Below, piece after piece: positions 15,738 to 28,922 of a DNA stretch of 64,000 nt; position 1 is the first letter of the stretch, and each line of letters begins with the position of its first letter. Origin of the DNA: Xylographa opegraphella (taxonomy: Eukaryota); contig JALDZX010000048.1 of the NCBI GenBank assembly GCA_022813865.1, positions 62,001 through 126,000 on the forward strand, read 5' to 3'. The position numbers and the translations under genes are program-made. The notes below the pieces were generated by a model. It worked only from the letters and a program-made list of their open reading frames with translations, was not told the origin of the DNA and did not search any database.

Positions 15738-17059
15738 ATGTTAGCAAGATCGGCATTGCGCTCCGCGCGCCTGGCCAGCAATGCTCGGAGTCCAGCAGGT
15801 CGTTCAGCCACGGTACTGGTTTGGCCACGAATCTCTGGGTCGGTGGACTGGCTAACGATCTTGTTCGTAGAGGTCGTTATCTTCTTCGTCAGGTTCTGCA
15901 CCTGATATGGCTTCGTCGCCTTTCCGGTTGAATGCCACAGGGGCCATCGCCACCGCCTTCACTCTTGGAGCTATCGGTTGGTACTATCATCTGTATGGTC
16001 AAGAATTGCATGCTATGACGATGCAAGAAGAAGGGTAAGAGCCCCTTCCGTACATATGCGCCGGGCTCAGTGCCCCGCTACCCCAGTGCTTTCCTCTATC
16101 TTGGGCGAGCGAAAAGGGGGTCGGCCAAGGGCGCAAATCGAGCTAATCGCCTTCGCGTTGCAGATTACACGCAACGAAGTATCCTTGGGAGCACGAGAGA
16201 TATACAAAGACTTTCGACCATCAAGCGTACGCTACATCCACTACTAGTAGAGTCCTCTAGCCGCTCACAATTCACAGCCTACGTCGTGGTTTCCAAGTCT
16301 ATCGCGAGGTCTGCTCCTCATGCCACTCCCTAAAACGAGTTCCATGGCGAGCGTTGGTGGGTACAACACACACAGTGGATGAAATGAAGGCAATGGCGGA
16401 AGAGAATGAATACGACACCGAGCCCAATGACGAGGGCGAGATCGAGAAGCGTCCCGGAAAACTGTCCGATTATATCCCTGCTCCGTACAAGAACGACGAA
16501 GCCGCACGTGCTGCCAACAACGGTGCTTTGCCACCAGATCTAAGCTTGATTGTCAAGGCCAGGCATGGGGGCTGCAATTACATCTTCTCTTTGATCACAG
16601 GATACCCGGAGGAACCACCCGCTGGAGCAAGCGTGATGAGCGGCCTCAACTTCAACCCGTACTTCCCCGGAACCGGTACGACGTGCCTGCGAGAAAATCT
16701 AAGAACTATTTACTGATTGGCTTCAGGTATCGCAATGGCTCGCGTGCTGTACGACGGACTGGTCGAGTACGAAGACAAGACGCCGGCTTCGACATCCCAG
16801 ATGGCAAAGGATGTCGTCGAATTCCTGAACTGGGCCGCAGAGCCGGAAATGGATCAAAGGAAGAAGATGGGTCTCAAGGTGGTCATCATCGGTGGCACAC
16901 TCTTCGCTCTGAGCGTGTGGGTGAAGAGGTCAGTTAATAGCCACGTAGCCGGTGCTCGGAAATCATTGCTGACCCTCTTTGGCACGCAGGTATAAATGGT
17001 CGCCGCTGAAGACTCGCAAGCTGGTGTACAACCCGCTCATCAAGGGAGGGAGGCACTAG
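15738..17059 (+). CDS. CYT1: Cytochrome c1, heme protein of mitochondrial complex III
   Basis: Arg-rich presequence [12 protein letters not shown], then [16 protein letters not shown] (CxxCH heme site), [29 protein letters not shown] and a TM tail ending [13 protein letters not shown]. Confidence 0.97.
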
Positions 17060-17571
17060 AGGTTTTTTCTCGGTCGTGCCGTCGTCGTTAGAGCGGGGCG
17101 GGGGTCGAGACGCGAGACTTTGTACAGTTTTTCTGGGGAGAATTAGTTGTATCGATTATACATTGCATCGACTTTTCACAGCTACCGTGCGATTCTGTTT
17201 GGGTTTCTCGTGCGGAGCATCTAGGTTCAAGTCCGTTGCCGTCGTGTGTAGAATCTGGGGTAGACAGCCATAGTGACTTTTGTTGAACCCCCTCCCTGTC
17301 CCGGGTCGACTCATACACTACTCTACGCACGCAGACATCGTAGGAGGGGCCAAAGCCAATCAAGGGAGCATGAGCCAATTCATTTATTAGGATTTCGCTT
17401 CTCTTCCAGCGCATTTGCGAAGCTTCGCTAAGCCCGCGCTGTTCTGCGCCGCTGCTATTTGCCCCGACGGCAATAGTCCACTTCTAGTGGAGGCAAAACA
17501 CTCAAGCAGAGATAAGTCTAGCGTAAGGAACAAAGCACAACGAACCGCCAGGGGTCCTTTCTTCGCGTTCA

Positions 17572-20500
17572 TTACAGAGCACCACTCATCTCGTACGCGC
17601 CAGAGCTACTCTGTCCCTGCGAAGGAGCCTCGGAGCTCACACTGATCGCCCTCCCTGCATCGGCTTCAGATGCCGTCACGGCGCCTCGTGCACCCGCCTC
17701 ATCGTCCAGCTGCTGCAGCTCTTCATCCAGCGTACTCATCCGCCTCACGAACTCGTCCTGCAGCTTCTTGAGCCAGTTGCGCAGCACCTCGCCCTGCATA
17801 TTGCCCTCCTTCGCTTGCCGCAGTTGCTCCCTCAGCCCCAACAGTAACCTGTCTCTCCTCGCCTGGACGATGGTCTTGCAGCGTTTCTTGTTCCGCTCAC
17901 TACTGGCCTTTAGAGCTCGAGAGACCTCCTCGGCTACTTCGATGACACGGGGCGGCAGGTCCATGACTTTCGCCAGTGCTATCCCGTAATGCTCCTCTTG
18001 CACGTAGCCGCTTGCGATCTTGTATAGCATCAGCATGCGATCCGCGCTAGACATGTCTACTGCCAGATGCAGATTGACAACGCCGGCTCGCTCCGCCAGA
18101 AATCTTGCCAAGTCTCGAAAGTGCGTGACGAACCAGACCAAGGCTTTACTTTCGATCATCGCCTCTGCAATAGCAATTGCGATGCAGAGACCATCTCTTG
18201 TACTTGTACCGCGGCCCAGCTCATCGACTATAACCAAGGAACGATTGTTGATATTTCCCAGGATGAAGGCTGTCTCGCGCATCTCGGCTGCGAACGTAGA
18301 GGTGTTGGCCTCGATACTATCGTCCATGGAGACACGAGCGAAGAGCTGATAGTGGATGGGAAAAGAGGCATAAGAGGCTGGGACGAAGCTACCGATCTGA
18401 GCCATGACAGCCATCAATGCCACCGAGCGGATGTATGTACTTTTTCCGCTCATGTTACAGCCAGTAATGATTTGAAATCGAGTTTGCTGTGTTGCGTAAA
18501 CGTCATTGGGAACAAATTTATCGGAATGGATTTTCTCACGAATCGGATGTCTTCCGTTCTTGATAGCTAGGGTTGCTGTAAGTTCTGGGCGAATGTAGTC
18601 TTGCGTCGTTGCAAGGTGGGCAAAAGATGCTAACATGTCGAGCATTGCGATACCCTCACTAATCCTAAACAATGGTGCAACATCCTCTCTAATAGTATCG
18701 ATGAGCTCTTGCACCACTCGATCACTCATCTGGAGTACCTCGAGATGCGAATCAAGAATCTTTTGACTCAGCTTGACGAGATCTAGGGTCTGACATTCGA
18801 TAAACTTTTTCCTCCGAAAGACGTTGATGAAAATGTTCGGCAGGGCATGATCCTCTAGATCGGATGCAGGGATTTGTAGGAAATATTGCCTGGAATTATC
18901 GTACTTCAAGTTGATACTCAAGCTGTGAGTTTCTGTATCCAGTCAATCCTTAGTCATGGAAGAACCACAGAGTTCAAAATAAGAATAAATACCACCAAGG
19001 TTATTTGCAAGCTGTGCGGCATCGGTATTGCCTTCCTTATACGATGTTCGTGCCACATCAAGTAATCCGTTGACGCCAGCCTTGTATGCGAGTAAGTAAT
19101 ATAACTGGACAACATGATGTAAAGGATTAGGTGACATGCCTTGACAGCGTAAGTTCGCTGATTGCGCAAATCTAGCGGCTTGCTCTGATATGTCGTATCT
19201 TCGTTGATCGCATCGTCAATTGCGGTCTCAACGTCAACAATCATCCGTGGGGCGCACAGCTATCCCCATTTAGAAAAGTTGGATTATAATGATGCTTAGT
19301 CCAGAGATCCTACCCGGCGGATCTGGAGGAGTAGCTCGGAGGAAACACCATTGAGACCTTCGAAGACTGGAAGGATTGACTTGATTGACTGCTTGAGTAG
19401 AATGACGTTGTTGATTGATTGTTCTAGATGCTGTATTGTCGATCTCGAAGGAATGATAATAACCTGCTAATCTCAACTCAATGCACAGAGGTTGACTAGG
19501 AGTAGGAGTAAAAGAGTACATCGGTCAAGACTCTGTCCACATCCAGGAATGACTTCAAAGCTAATGACGAATCAATTTGTACGATTCAATTCAAACCTCC
19601 TAGAAGAATAATGTTTTTGAACAGACCTTGGCGAATTGCAAAGAAAATTTCTTCATTCTCTGTAAGTTCTCCAACGGCATCAAACCGTTTCTGTAGCACC
19701 CCTACCTCTGTTGATGGTTGTAGTAAGTTACTTCGCAAGACTCTCGAGCCCATTGGCGTCAGTGTCTGGTTGAGCAATCCGAACAGACAGTCCTTAGATC
19801 TGGAACTCTGGAGATTCTGGATCAATTCTAGGCTTTGAATGGTGGAGAAGTCGATCATCATAGATCCCTCGGAAGGCTCGTACTTGATACGCATGGAATG
19901 AAATGGAAAAGAAATGGACAAACTTAGTTCTATGTATTTGAGACTCTGGAAAACATGTCAATGAGCGGGAGCAAATCCTCTTCAGGCCTGGCAACCCACA
20001 GCAGCGAAGCAACATGTGGCAAAGAAATTCCCCCCGACGGCAACCTTGATTGCTTCAACGTCTTCGCGAAAAGCCAGCTGCTGGATGTATTGAGCACCAT
20101 TCGTTTCTCCCCAGTACTTCCTATCAAGCGTAGTGATGGGAAGATTAGGGAGTGTAGCTTCAATGATAGAATACAGCTTAGACTTGGAAGGATTAACGGC
20201 AGTTGTGGGAAGCAGTATAGCAGAAGGATTAAGGACTTGCAGCTTATGTATTGTTTTTACATAAGTCTGATTGTCTACAATCTGACACAGAGTAGCTTCA
20301 GTAGTAGAAATATTGACAAATGCTAGTCCAACAGTAGGAGAGATTCCTCGGGATTCAGTGACTGCACAGATGATCTCTTGATCCACCGTGCCGCCAAAGA
20401 TCGACGTAGTTGTTCTGGCTCCAGTCTTGGGTCTCCCGGTTCCTGGGCGGCCAGTAGTATCACCAGAAGTGGATGTAATCTTCTCTGGATTAGTAGAACG

Positions 20501-20602
20501 GCTATTGGTGCCATTTCCTGATATGGATGTTGTGCTCGCTCGATGAGCAGAACGACTTGTGGGAGCAGTTGAGTAAGAACTCGAAAGACTCCGAGACGCC
20601 AT
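17572..20602 (-). CDS. MSH4: Meiosis-specific MutS homolog 4 (multi-exon)
   Basis: Walker A GCNMSGKSTY, STFAAEMRE, IVDELGRGTSTRDG and VTHF. RNQRTYAVK..GVNGLLDVAR and ICAVTESRGISPTVGLAFVN are characteristic of Msh4. Confidence 0.92.
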
Positions 20603-21170
20603 GATCGATGCGACTACCCTAAGACTCTATTGGTGACTTTATAGTGCGCAGATTAATGTGATTGGTAGGCCCTCTCACGAGAATGGCGGGATGGTTCGAC
20701 GATGGATTGGAGTGGAGGAAGGAAATGGGATGTCAAGCGGTAAAGCGACCAATCACGAAGGGCGGCAACAACTCGCTCGGGCAAGTTCATCTTGGTTGCA
20801 TCGACTGAACAACGCATCGAGCACTTTATGGTCTTTGACTGCTGTTCTCCGTCGGACACTGAGGAGGAAGCATCTCGAGCTCCAGAAGCATGGAACGAGC
20901 ATTCATCTGACCCCAACGTTCGCATGAACTTCACTGACGGTTACCTACTGAGTCGCTCATATCTCCATCCGCTGGATGAGTACCACAGCTTTATAAATTA
21001 TGTACGTCCGCAGACTGTGGCACTCCCCGTCCATATCACATTCCGACAACGGCACTCTCAATCAATCAAAGTCGCAAGATTCAAGCGCGACTTATTTACG
21101 AATAACATCACACCTGCTCGCCAGCCACACCACATAACCTGGACACAATCCTCTCTTCATAGTCGCCGTC

Positions 21171-23765
21171 ATGCCTTCCAAAGTCAGCGACCGTCACTTG
21201 GACCGGGAACAAGCAGGTAGTGAGGTCCGCGAAAAGCGGCGGCACAAGTCATCGCGATCGAAGCGGAAGAGTACCAGCAAAGGCGAGGAAGAGGATACAA
21301 ATATTGGGCTGGAGCGCAGCTCGACCTTGGCAGACCCAACCACAAGAAGAAGAACGTCGATGCCCATACCAGAGCTACGCCGCCGTGCTTCTTCGATCTC
21401 GCCTCTGCGGAACGAAAGCAAGACAAGCCTTCCATATCCATCCTTTTCAAAAGCTCACAGTCGAGAAGCTGTCGGGAGCAAGGAGAACATCGTCACGCCG
21501 CGGCAAGATATCTTCACACCGGATCCCACAGATCTCCATCGAAGGCCGGGGAGGCAGGATGAAAAAGAGGCGCCAAAACCCACATCCGCTGCGGCAGTAA
21601 ATGGACCACCCAGCCCACCCCTAACTGCAGTAGACCAAGCCGCAGTTGTAGAGGATAAGAGGAGAAATCTCGAGAATGTCGGGGAGGAGATGAGAAGAAA
21701 GATCAGTGAAAGTAGAGAGGGTAAGAATACTCCGATTGAAAGGGTAAGGTCGTCATCTGCAAGGAGCAGTCCCTTTCGGCCAAGCAAAGGCCTTGATAGA
21801 TCCACCGTATCTGCCGTCCACAGGTCGAAACCAAATACGCCCACTAAGATTAAGCCTGTTCCGGTGACTATTCATGATGGATCCTCAGTTGGTAGTCGTA
21901 GAAGAAGCCGGTCGTCTTCTCCGACTCCGTCCAAAACAGAAACTGGGACAACTACTTCATCAACTATGGCTTCCGATAGCACCTCTATAGCTCCCGAACA
22001 ACATAGACTGCAGCAGCCTTTCAGTCCAGATGCAGATAACGAATCATCTCCCGCTACCGGTCCTGACTCCTCTCCGAGAACTCCAACTCCTCGGGGCACA
22101 CCATTTCCACCAAGCCGAAAACAAACCCCTGCTTATGAGGTACCATTCAACGTTGGATATACCTTGGGTTCCGAGGCTTCCCCAATGCCACCACCACCAC
22201 CGCCTCCTCCAATCGTCCCGTTTCAGATGCCTAGGGTTGACTATTTGATGCACAATGGTGGTTTACCTCACAGTATTCCTAAGAACTTCTTAGCCGCGCC
22301 AGAGCCTCATAGGGTGTCCCAAGCTACAACCAGCCAGTTACTTCCAAATGCCGCAGTCATGACAGCTCAAGTTGAGAAGTTTTTCATGCCTTTCAATGGT
22401 CTCCTCGAAGATTATATGAAGGTTATCTCCAAAAATGGTTCTGTCGCTGTTGCTACAGGCTATCGGTCTATTGCCCGAAGGCTTCTAGATCGTCTCGAAG
22501 CAGTTTTTTCAAGAGACATCTCTTCTGAAACATGTGCTTGCATAATGTGCCAGTACAGCAAAACCGACAATGAAGACCTTGAGGACAAACGAGGCATCAG
22601 CTGGGGCGAAATTCTTGAATATGTATGCGGGCGCAGGGAATTGCCACCATGGCCAGCCTTTGCACTCGACGCTTTGCCAGTTGGTCTTGGTATTTCTGCC
22701 ACGGAATATCGTCTGCCAATGCAGAAACTAGACATTGACGTTCCGGAGGAATACCGCGACCACTATATCCGGCAATCGAAGAAGACTAAACAGTCCGTCG
22801 ACCGTTGGCTGGCAGGGCAATCTATCGCCCACAACAATCCTCCCGACGACGCCGACGATGATACTCTCACCTTCGCCATGCTAACGCATATCGAGCCTGA
22901 ACAGCGACCCATATTCAAAGAACTCCTCGGCATCGCGCCTACACGACCGGGCTCTGTCAAGCCTGAAGCTCGCACTCCCACTCCATTAAATCCTCCTCAA
23001 ACTGAACTCCTTACCCAGACTGCCCTCGCCATTCAGCGCCTGTATCGTCTCACCAGCCCACCCCGTACCCCAGAAGCTGCAATATACCTCCTCACCAACC
23101 CGGCTATGCACAACATCCTTGCAACCCTCGCTGCTATTTCCGACGGCGAATGGGAAATCCTAACTTCCGGCCGCTTCGACGGCTTCCTCCGCAGCGGAGC
23201 CGAAGATCACCCATCGCCTATCCAGTCGCGTAATCCCACACCGGCCAACAATCCACGCGGCACAACTCCTCTCCCTACGTCCTCCACGCCCGCCCCAGCT
23301 TCGGCAGGTGCGCCAGTTGCCATGGATGAGGAAACCGAGATCGCCGTTCTTGCCGAAGTGGAGCGCGAAATCTACCTGGGCATGGAAGCCCTGGAAGACG
23401 CGTTCGAGGCCTTGCACTGTAAGGCGGAGCAAGTGCGGCAGACACTGCGCGAGCGGGGCGCCGGTCTCGCGATGGCCAGCCAGGCGCGGCGAGGGGGTGC
23501 CAATACTCTGGAGGCTAGGCTGGGCACACCGGCGTCTGGGTATGGTGGTGGTGCCCGAGGCTGGGATAGCGAGACAGACGACGGGATCGACGATGGTGTG
23601 AGCGAATTGGCGCCGGATGATAGCGCGAGTAACGTCAGTAGGAGCAGGGTGAGGAGACCGAAACGGAGAAATGAGAGACGGACGCCGGCGCCGGTGGAGG
23701 AAGAAGACGAGGGCGAGGCGGAGAGTGAGAGGGAATGGGATAGGGGAGGGAGACGGGGGGGCTAG
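21171..23765 (+). CDS. Protein of unknown function: S/P/R-rich N-terminus, globular core with CxCxxC, C-terminal coiled coil
   Basis: Intronless 864-aa ORF with an ordered core (VAVATGYRSIARRLLDRLEAVF...TCACIMC...WEILTSGRFDGFL, EVEREIYLGMEALEDAFEALH). Confidence 0.85.
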   Translation: MPSKVSDRHLDREQAGSEVREKRRHKSSRSKRKSTSKGEEEDTNIGLERSSTLADPTTRRRTSMPIPELRRRASSISPLRNESKTSLPYPSFSKAHSREAVGSKENIVTPRQDIFTPDPTDLHRRPGRQDEKEAPKPTSAAAVNGPPSPPLTAVDQAAVVEDKRRNLENVGEEMRRKISESREGKNTPIERVRSSSARSSPFRPSKGLDRSTVSAVHRSKPNTPTKIKPVPVTIHDGSSVGSRRRSRSSSPTPSKTETGTTTSSTMASDSTSIAPEQHRLQQPFSPDADNESSPATGPDSSPRTPTPRGTPFPPSRKQTPAYEVPFNVGYTLGSEASPMPPPPPPPPIVPFQMPRVDYLMHNGGLPHSIPKNFLAAPEPHRVSQATTSQLLPNAAVMTAQVEKFFMPFNGLLEDYMKVISKNGSVAVATGYRSIARRLLDRLEAVFSRDISSETCACIMCQYSKTDNEDLEDKRGISWGEILEYVCGRRELPPWPAFALDALPVGLGISATEYRLPMQKLDIDVPEEYRDHYIRQSKKTKQSVDRWLAGQSIAHNNPPDDADDDTLTFAMLTHIEPEQRPIFKELLGIAPTRPGSVKPEARTPTPLNPPQTELLTQTALAIQRLYRLTSPPRTPEAAIYLLTNPAMHNILATLAAISDGEWEILTSGRFDGFLRSGAEDHPSPIQSRNPTPANNPRGTTPLPTSSTPAPASAGAPVAMDEETEIAVLAEVEREIYLGMEALEDAFEALHCKAEQVRQTLRERGAGLAMASQARRGGANTLEARLGTPASGYGGGARGWDSETDDGIDDGVSELAPDDSASNVSRSRVRRPKRRNERRTPAPVEEEDEGEAESEREWDRGGRRGG

Positions 23766-24413
23766 GTTTATAGTTGGTATGGATGTACGATGTGATGGCT
23801 CTTGGGTGCGAGGCGTTGTTCATCATAATGCTTGTTGAGGAAATGAATTATGGAGAGGATGTACGCTGCTTGTTCTGGCGCGCAAAAGAAAATAAGGAGA
23901 TTTTGTCAGATGGTTCGGGCTTTGGATCCTATCTCACTTCTTGCTGGCAGAGTGATTCGATTCCTGGTGTATTTTATTATTGGACTCAATTCAATCTGAT
24001 TGTTTGCTATACGGTAAACGTGGCTTTCGTGGAAGCCTCAAGTGTTCCGGTCTCTTGGTTCTGTCTGAACATATTTCCCACTCGTCTCGTTTAGAGTCAC
24101 AGATACAACAGCCTCGGAAGTTCAATGTGAGCCACCAAGGACATAATACAAAGATGCGGTGGATAGATAGAATATCATAGCTACCAATCAGCTGTGATAA
24201 ATTAGCTACGTATTTATAGTTTTCAAAGAGTACTCACTTTCGTCTGCGACCATTCCTTTGTGCCAGATATCTTGAGAGATCAGATCAGATTGACCGACAC
24301 GGGCTCCTTACAGCATTCCCTGTACGCCTGTACGATAATAAAGCCTTGGCAGGTAACAGAGCAGGGTGGGATACAGCAGAAGGTACCACGACCTGATAGA
24401 ACACGAGCAGTTG

Positions 24414-25165
24414 TCATTTTTCAGGTGCGTCCGGCAGACGCTCGATGACATATTTCCCCCTAGCCACACTCATAATAGGAACACCGGGTATCTTCCGTAT
24501 CCTCCTCTTCAGATCCCTATCGTTCGTCGCCACGATATAGACCTTGTGCTTCATCACCCGATCCACAAGGCAGTCGTCCGCGTAAACCCCCTTGTGGTCA
24601 CACCTCAACCGTTCCCACCGCTCATCCCTCGCGATCCGGAGCGCTATCCTGTACTTCTGACCCAGCTTTTCCAGTTCCGCCATCACGCAGTCGGTGATTA
24701 TAGGGATGCATTTGGCGTACAGGCAATCCATCATCGTCTCGAGAAGCTCGAGCTTGTGTTGGACGGTGTGCGAGAGGAAATTCGTGTCGACTAGGACGGA
24801 GTACGGGGGGACCAAGGCGGTGTTGTATTGGAAGAAGAGAGATGAGGAGACTTGAGGACTGCAATGCTATCAGAACTCGAAAGCAATGCACGAGCTTGGT
24901 AACCGTACATTTGGCGGACGACTTCATCGCCTTTCGCTTTGCGCTTGTTTTCTATTTCTCCTTTCGCTTGGTTCTTTTTCCTAGATAGCATATCAGGTTA
25001 TCTCCTTTTGCAGCTCTAGAAATTTTGTCCCTTGATCACTCACAGTCGAGCATCCCGCTGTCCAATGACTCGCTTCACCTGATCACAATTAATCCTCAAG
25101 CCATTATCGATAAGAGCCAGGATGTCAACCTGTGCAAATTTTCTCGTCTTCTTCTGTACGCCCAT
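24414..25165 (-). CDS. FCF1: PIN-domain rRNA-processing protein Fcf1/Utp24
   Basis: Spliced MGVQKKTRKFAQVKRVIGQRDARL...FFQYNTALVPPYSVLVDTNF...CDHKGVYADDC...VATNDRDLKRRIRKIPGVP. Confidence 0.96.
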
Positions 25166-25687
25166 GACGAGATGTTGTTCTTCAGCTGCCCAGCAGTTCG
25201 GGTTTCCGGGTCGGGTACCAGGCGTACTCGAATCGTCGTCAATGATGCACAATATATTCTTTATGTTTGGACATTCAAACCAAAGGGTTTCGCTAAAAGC
25301 GAGCTCGCTATTTTTGGCATTCCGGCAGGGTTTAGTCCTAGCGCCAAGCGGCATTCCCAAACACGAACTCGTGTGCATGAGACCTTGTATCGGCCACTAT
25401 TCTTCGTCATTCCACTTTTTGCTTCTCTTTCAACTAACGATTGTATATACAGAAGTTGAGGGATGGGAGACTTACCATAATATCAACAGCAGTACATGTC
25501 TACACCTTGCCGCTACTAAACACCGTTAGGCAAACATTCAATCTGCTTACGACGTCTCATATCCGCATTCCCGACTTCGGATCTTGAGCCTTCTTTTCCT
25601 TAGTTGAGCCCATAAACAGGAAAGTCTGCTACCTGCCTGGGCGTTGAAAGAATTGGACAGCTAGCCTATTGGCGACAACCATCCAGG

Positions 25688-26758
25688 ATGAGGGTTTCCT
25701 CGGGACTGCTTCTCTCACCAGCAGTGCTTCTCCTCACCATCTCCCTCTCCGTTGTCCACACTGCGGCTCAAGCAGCTCCAAGCGATCTCCCTAATCTCTC
25801 GACCATATCCACAGCGGCGACCTCTTCTGATGCCTCGAATTCTGCAGCACCGTCCACTACCTCCGGCCCATCTCCGACAAACACAAACAGCGACGCCTCC
25901 ACCATAACATCCGCCCCGTCTGACAAGCCACTATCCGGCCTTCCTGGCCTCTCCACATCCGCCGCCGAGTACGATGGCATAAGCAACGCGCCCAAGCTCT
26001 CGGGAGGATACTCCTACCCGGCACCCACTGTCCCACCCACAGCCATGGCACCGTTCATGCAGAAATCGCCCCTCCCCTCCGGCACCGTCTTCATCTGCGT
26101 CGGGGCAATCATCGGCTTCCTCGCCTTCGTCGTGCTCGCGTGGCGAGGCCTCGTCGCCTGGTCGCTGCACCGCTCCGTGCGGCGGGCCGCCAACGGCGAA
26201 GCACAACGCTACGGTCGCATACACGGGGAGCCGGGCAAAGGTCTGTTCAGAGGCTCCGGCGTGCCCTTCTACAACGACAGACACGGCTCGAGCCTGAGTC
26301 TGGACCCGCTCGTCGGGGGCGGAGCCAAGAGCGGGAAGAAAGGCCACACGCCGCAAGGCAGCTTGTTCTTCTCCCCCACCGCCGGCACAGGCATGCACAC
26401 CCCCGCCAATCGGACCTCGACCTATCTGCCCGCAGGCTACTACGCAGCCGGCAGCGCGGCGCCCGCCAACGGTGCGGGGACGACACACATCGGCGGAGGG
26501 GCCAGCCGCCTGTCGCACTTGGCGGATCTGGGACCGCAGCGACAAGGCTACACGCGTGCGCAATCGTATGCCCCGTCGCCGCCTAGGTCGCCGAGCCTGC
26601 CGCCGAGCCGGGAGACGAACACTGCGCGGATGAGCAGGGCGGGGATCTCGACGCTGCAGAGTGGGAGTGCCGTGAACTTAGGGCCGCCGGCGCTGGGCAC
26701 AGCGCCGACTGCGTATCTGGATGAGCTGTTCGATTATCCGCCTGAAAGGGGGCGCTGA
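25688..26758 (+). CDS. CSI2-like type I membrane protein (signal peptide, Ser/Thr-rich ectodomain, single TM)
   Basis: Signal peptide, S/T-rich region, PTVPPTAMAPFMQKSPLPSGTVFICVGAIIG TM motif, and a C-terminal APTAYLDELF. Confidence 0.75.
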   Translation: MRVSSGLLLSPAVLLLTISLSVVHTAAQAAPSDLPNLSTISTAATSSDASNSAAPSTTSGPSPTNTNSDASTITSAPSDKPLSGLPGLSTSAAEYDGISNAPKLSGGYSYPAPTVPPTAMAPFMQKSPLPSGTVFICVGAIIGFLAFVVLAWRGLVAWSLHRSVRRAANGEAQRYGRIHGEPGKGLFRGSGVPFYNDRHGSSLSLDPLVGGGAKSGKKGHTPQGSLFFSPTAGTGMHTPANRTSTYLPAGYYAAGSAAPANGAGTTHIGGGASRLSHLADLGPQRQGYTRAQSYAPSPPRSPSLPPSRETNTARMSRAGISTLQSGSAVNLGPPALGTAPTAYLDELFDYPPERGR

Positions 26759-27153
26759 GCTGGCTGGTTGGAAATGGAGATTCATGCGTTATACGGCCTG
26801 TCATGGCGGTTTATGGGAATATCGTAAAATGTCGTTTGGAGTTGGGTACTGCATTGGGCATTGCATAGAGAGGTGGCGTTGTGTTGCATTTGAGGGAAAG
26901 GGTTGGGTGGCCTAGCATCAGTGCAAGGGCTATGCTACATTTATGTTTATTATTGAAATGTATAGTGTAGTGTAATACTTGACGGACCATCGATTGAGCT
27001 CGATGGCGTGTGCGTATTCGTATTCTATTGTTCTAACATGAGCTTATGCTTTTGGTCCGTACAAGAGCTCGCAGCAACGGGCGATTTGAAGAGTAATGAA
27101 CCGGTGAAAGACACAGGTGAGATTTTTGATCGTCCAGGTCAAAATCCGAATTC

Positions 27154-28741
27154 TCAATACTCCGGCCACTCGGGATCAACCTTTTCTCTCCAAGACTTGT
27201 ACCCACCTCTAACATCTCCAATCCACCGCTCACCGTTGTTGCCATAGCCCAGGGATTTTAATTTGCGTACCACAAGCTGGGAGTCGTTGCCCAAACGGCA
27301 AATAGTATAAATGGAAGCGTTGGAAGGGAGATGCTCTAGACCGGCGGCGAGTCGGGTTGTTGCTGGATCAGAGTTCTGCAGTGCGTCGTACGGTCCTGTC
27401 ATTGCTTCAATTGCAGAACTTGGCACGTTCACGCTCCCCGCGATGTTGCATATGCCGAATTGCGTCTCGTCTCGAACGTCCAAGAGGAGGTGAGGATTAT
27501 TGGATGTGTCCAAAGTACTTTTCAGCTCTTGAACGTCGATTCGCTCGTCTTGCTTTAATATTTCCAGCGGAGACAATATACCGCACATAACCTTATAGTC
27601 AATGGAGCCAGAATTTAAGATATCCTTGGTAATTGTACCACTGGTTGAACAACCAGTACATTTGGGCCGCTTGCCTCGTAGTCGGATCTGACGGAAAGGA
27701 GGAATGCTATAGGCTGAGTATAGTAGCATGGACGGAGTCAGGTTCTGGTTGGAGGCTGGTCTGTATCTATCTCCACTAACTATTAGTTTGATGGCTTCCA
27801 GCGCCATAAGAACACCAATAACCCCGACGACTGGACCGACGATGCCACCATCGCCACAGCTGATCACGCTTTCTATAGGTGGAGGCTTTGGAAAGATACA
27901 ACGATAGCAGGGTCCGCCAGCATCCTGGTGGATTATACTCGGTGGATTATTGAGCATCATCAATTGTCCTTCAGTTTTAAGAGCCGAACCAGAAATCAAT
28001 GGTTTACCGGAGAGGACGGCAGCATCAGATATCAGATATCTTGATGCTGGATGATCTGTGCAGTCTAGGATGAGATCGTAGTCTTTCATCGTAGCGATTG
28101 CGTTGGCCGGCGCGAGATGGTTGGGATAAGCAACAAAATGCACATTAGGGTTCAACCTCACTCAGTCAGATAGCACGTCGACCAGTGATTGGTTTGCAAA
28201 GGCGTACTGACTGAGACCTGCAATCGCGCTATCAACTTTCAGCTGCCCAACTCTTTCCGTCGTGTGTAGGATCTGTCGATGGAGATTGGACAACTCAACA
28301 ACGTCGCCATCCACGAGACCAACCGTTCCTATGCCCGCACCTGCAAGATACTGTGCAGCAGGGCACCCGAGTCCGCCTACACCAATAATCAAGACGGAGG
28401 ACTTTCGTAGATTGAGCTGTCCTGAAAGAAGACTCGTCAGCACAAAATCCGTGGTGGAAGGATGTATAAAGATTACCCTGTAGACCAATCTCTGGCATTA
28501 TCATTTGTCGCCCGTACCTGAGGTATTCAGTTGAACTTAGCGGCCATGGCCGTTCAGTAGCTGTATGTGTCTCTGAAGCTCGGTGAGCGAATGTTTGGCC
28601 GGGTTGTGTTCCGGGTTCGACATTGCGCAACTCTGCAATATCTCCTAGATCTGATAGCTGCTTCTTGAGCTCGAGTAGCTGCGATTCGAGCAGCTCAATC
28701 TGTGTGCGTATACCATCGGCGGCGGAAGCTTGGTCGCACAT
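27154..28741 (-). CDS. UBA4: Adenylyltransferase/sulfurtransferase Uba4/MOCS3 (ThiF/MoeB plus rhodanese)
   Basis: [41 protein letters not shown] and rhodanese loop CRLGNDSQ; ends DPEWPEY*. Confidence 0.95.
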
Positions 28742-28922
28742 GAGTATGATTCGAGTGAATGTTCTGATAAGGGGTGGTGGAATCATGTCATTCATTGGGT
28801 ATAACTTCTCGTTAAGTTAGGGTTTGTGCCGACCTAGTCACGAGGATTTTGTTACGCGGCCAGGAATTTGTCCATTCACTCACAACAGTGACTTGACAGG
28901 CTTTATCTAACCACACTTAGTG

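Noticed and set aside
17215..17245. GGTTCAAGTCC, resembling a tRNA T-loop
   Set aside because: The flanks do not pair as a T-stem and no cloverleaf can be formed.
21171..23765. Calling this ORF a 5-methylcytosine G/T mismatch glycosylase, a label I recall for similar proteins
   Set aside because: No HhH-GPD motif is visible here; the recognisable glycosylase domain is at 51922-53502. The recollection is unverified.
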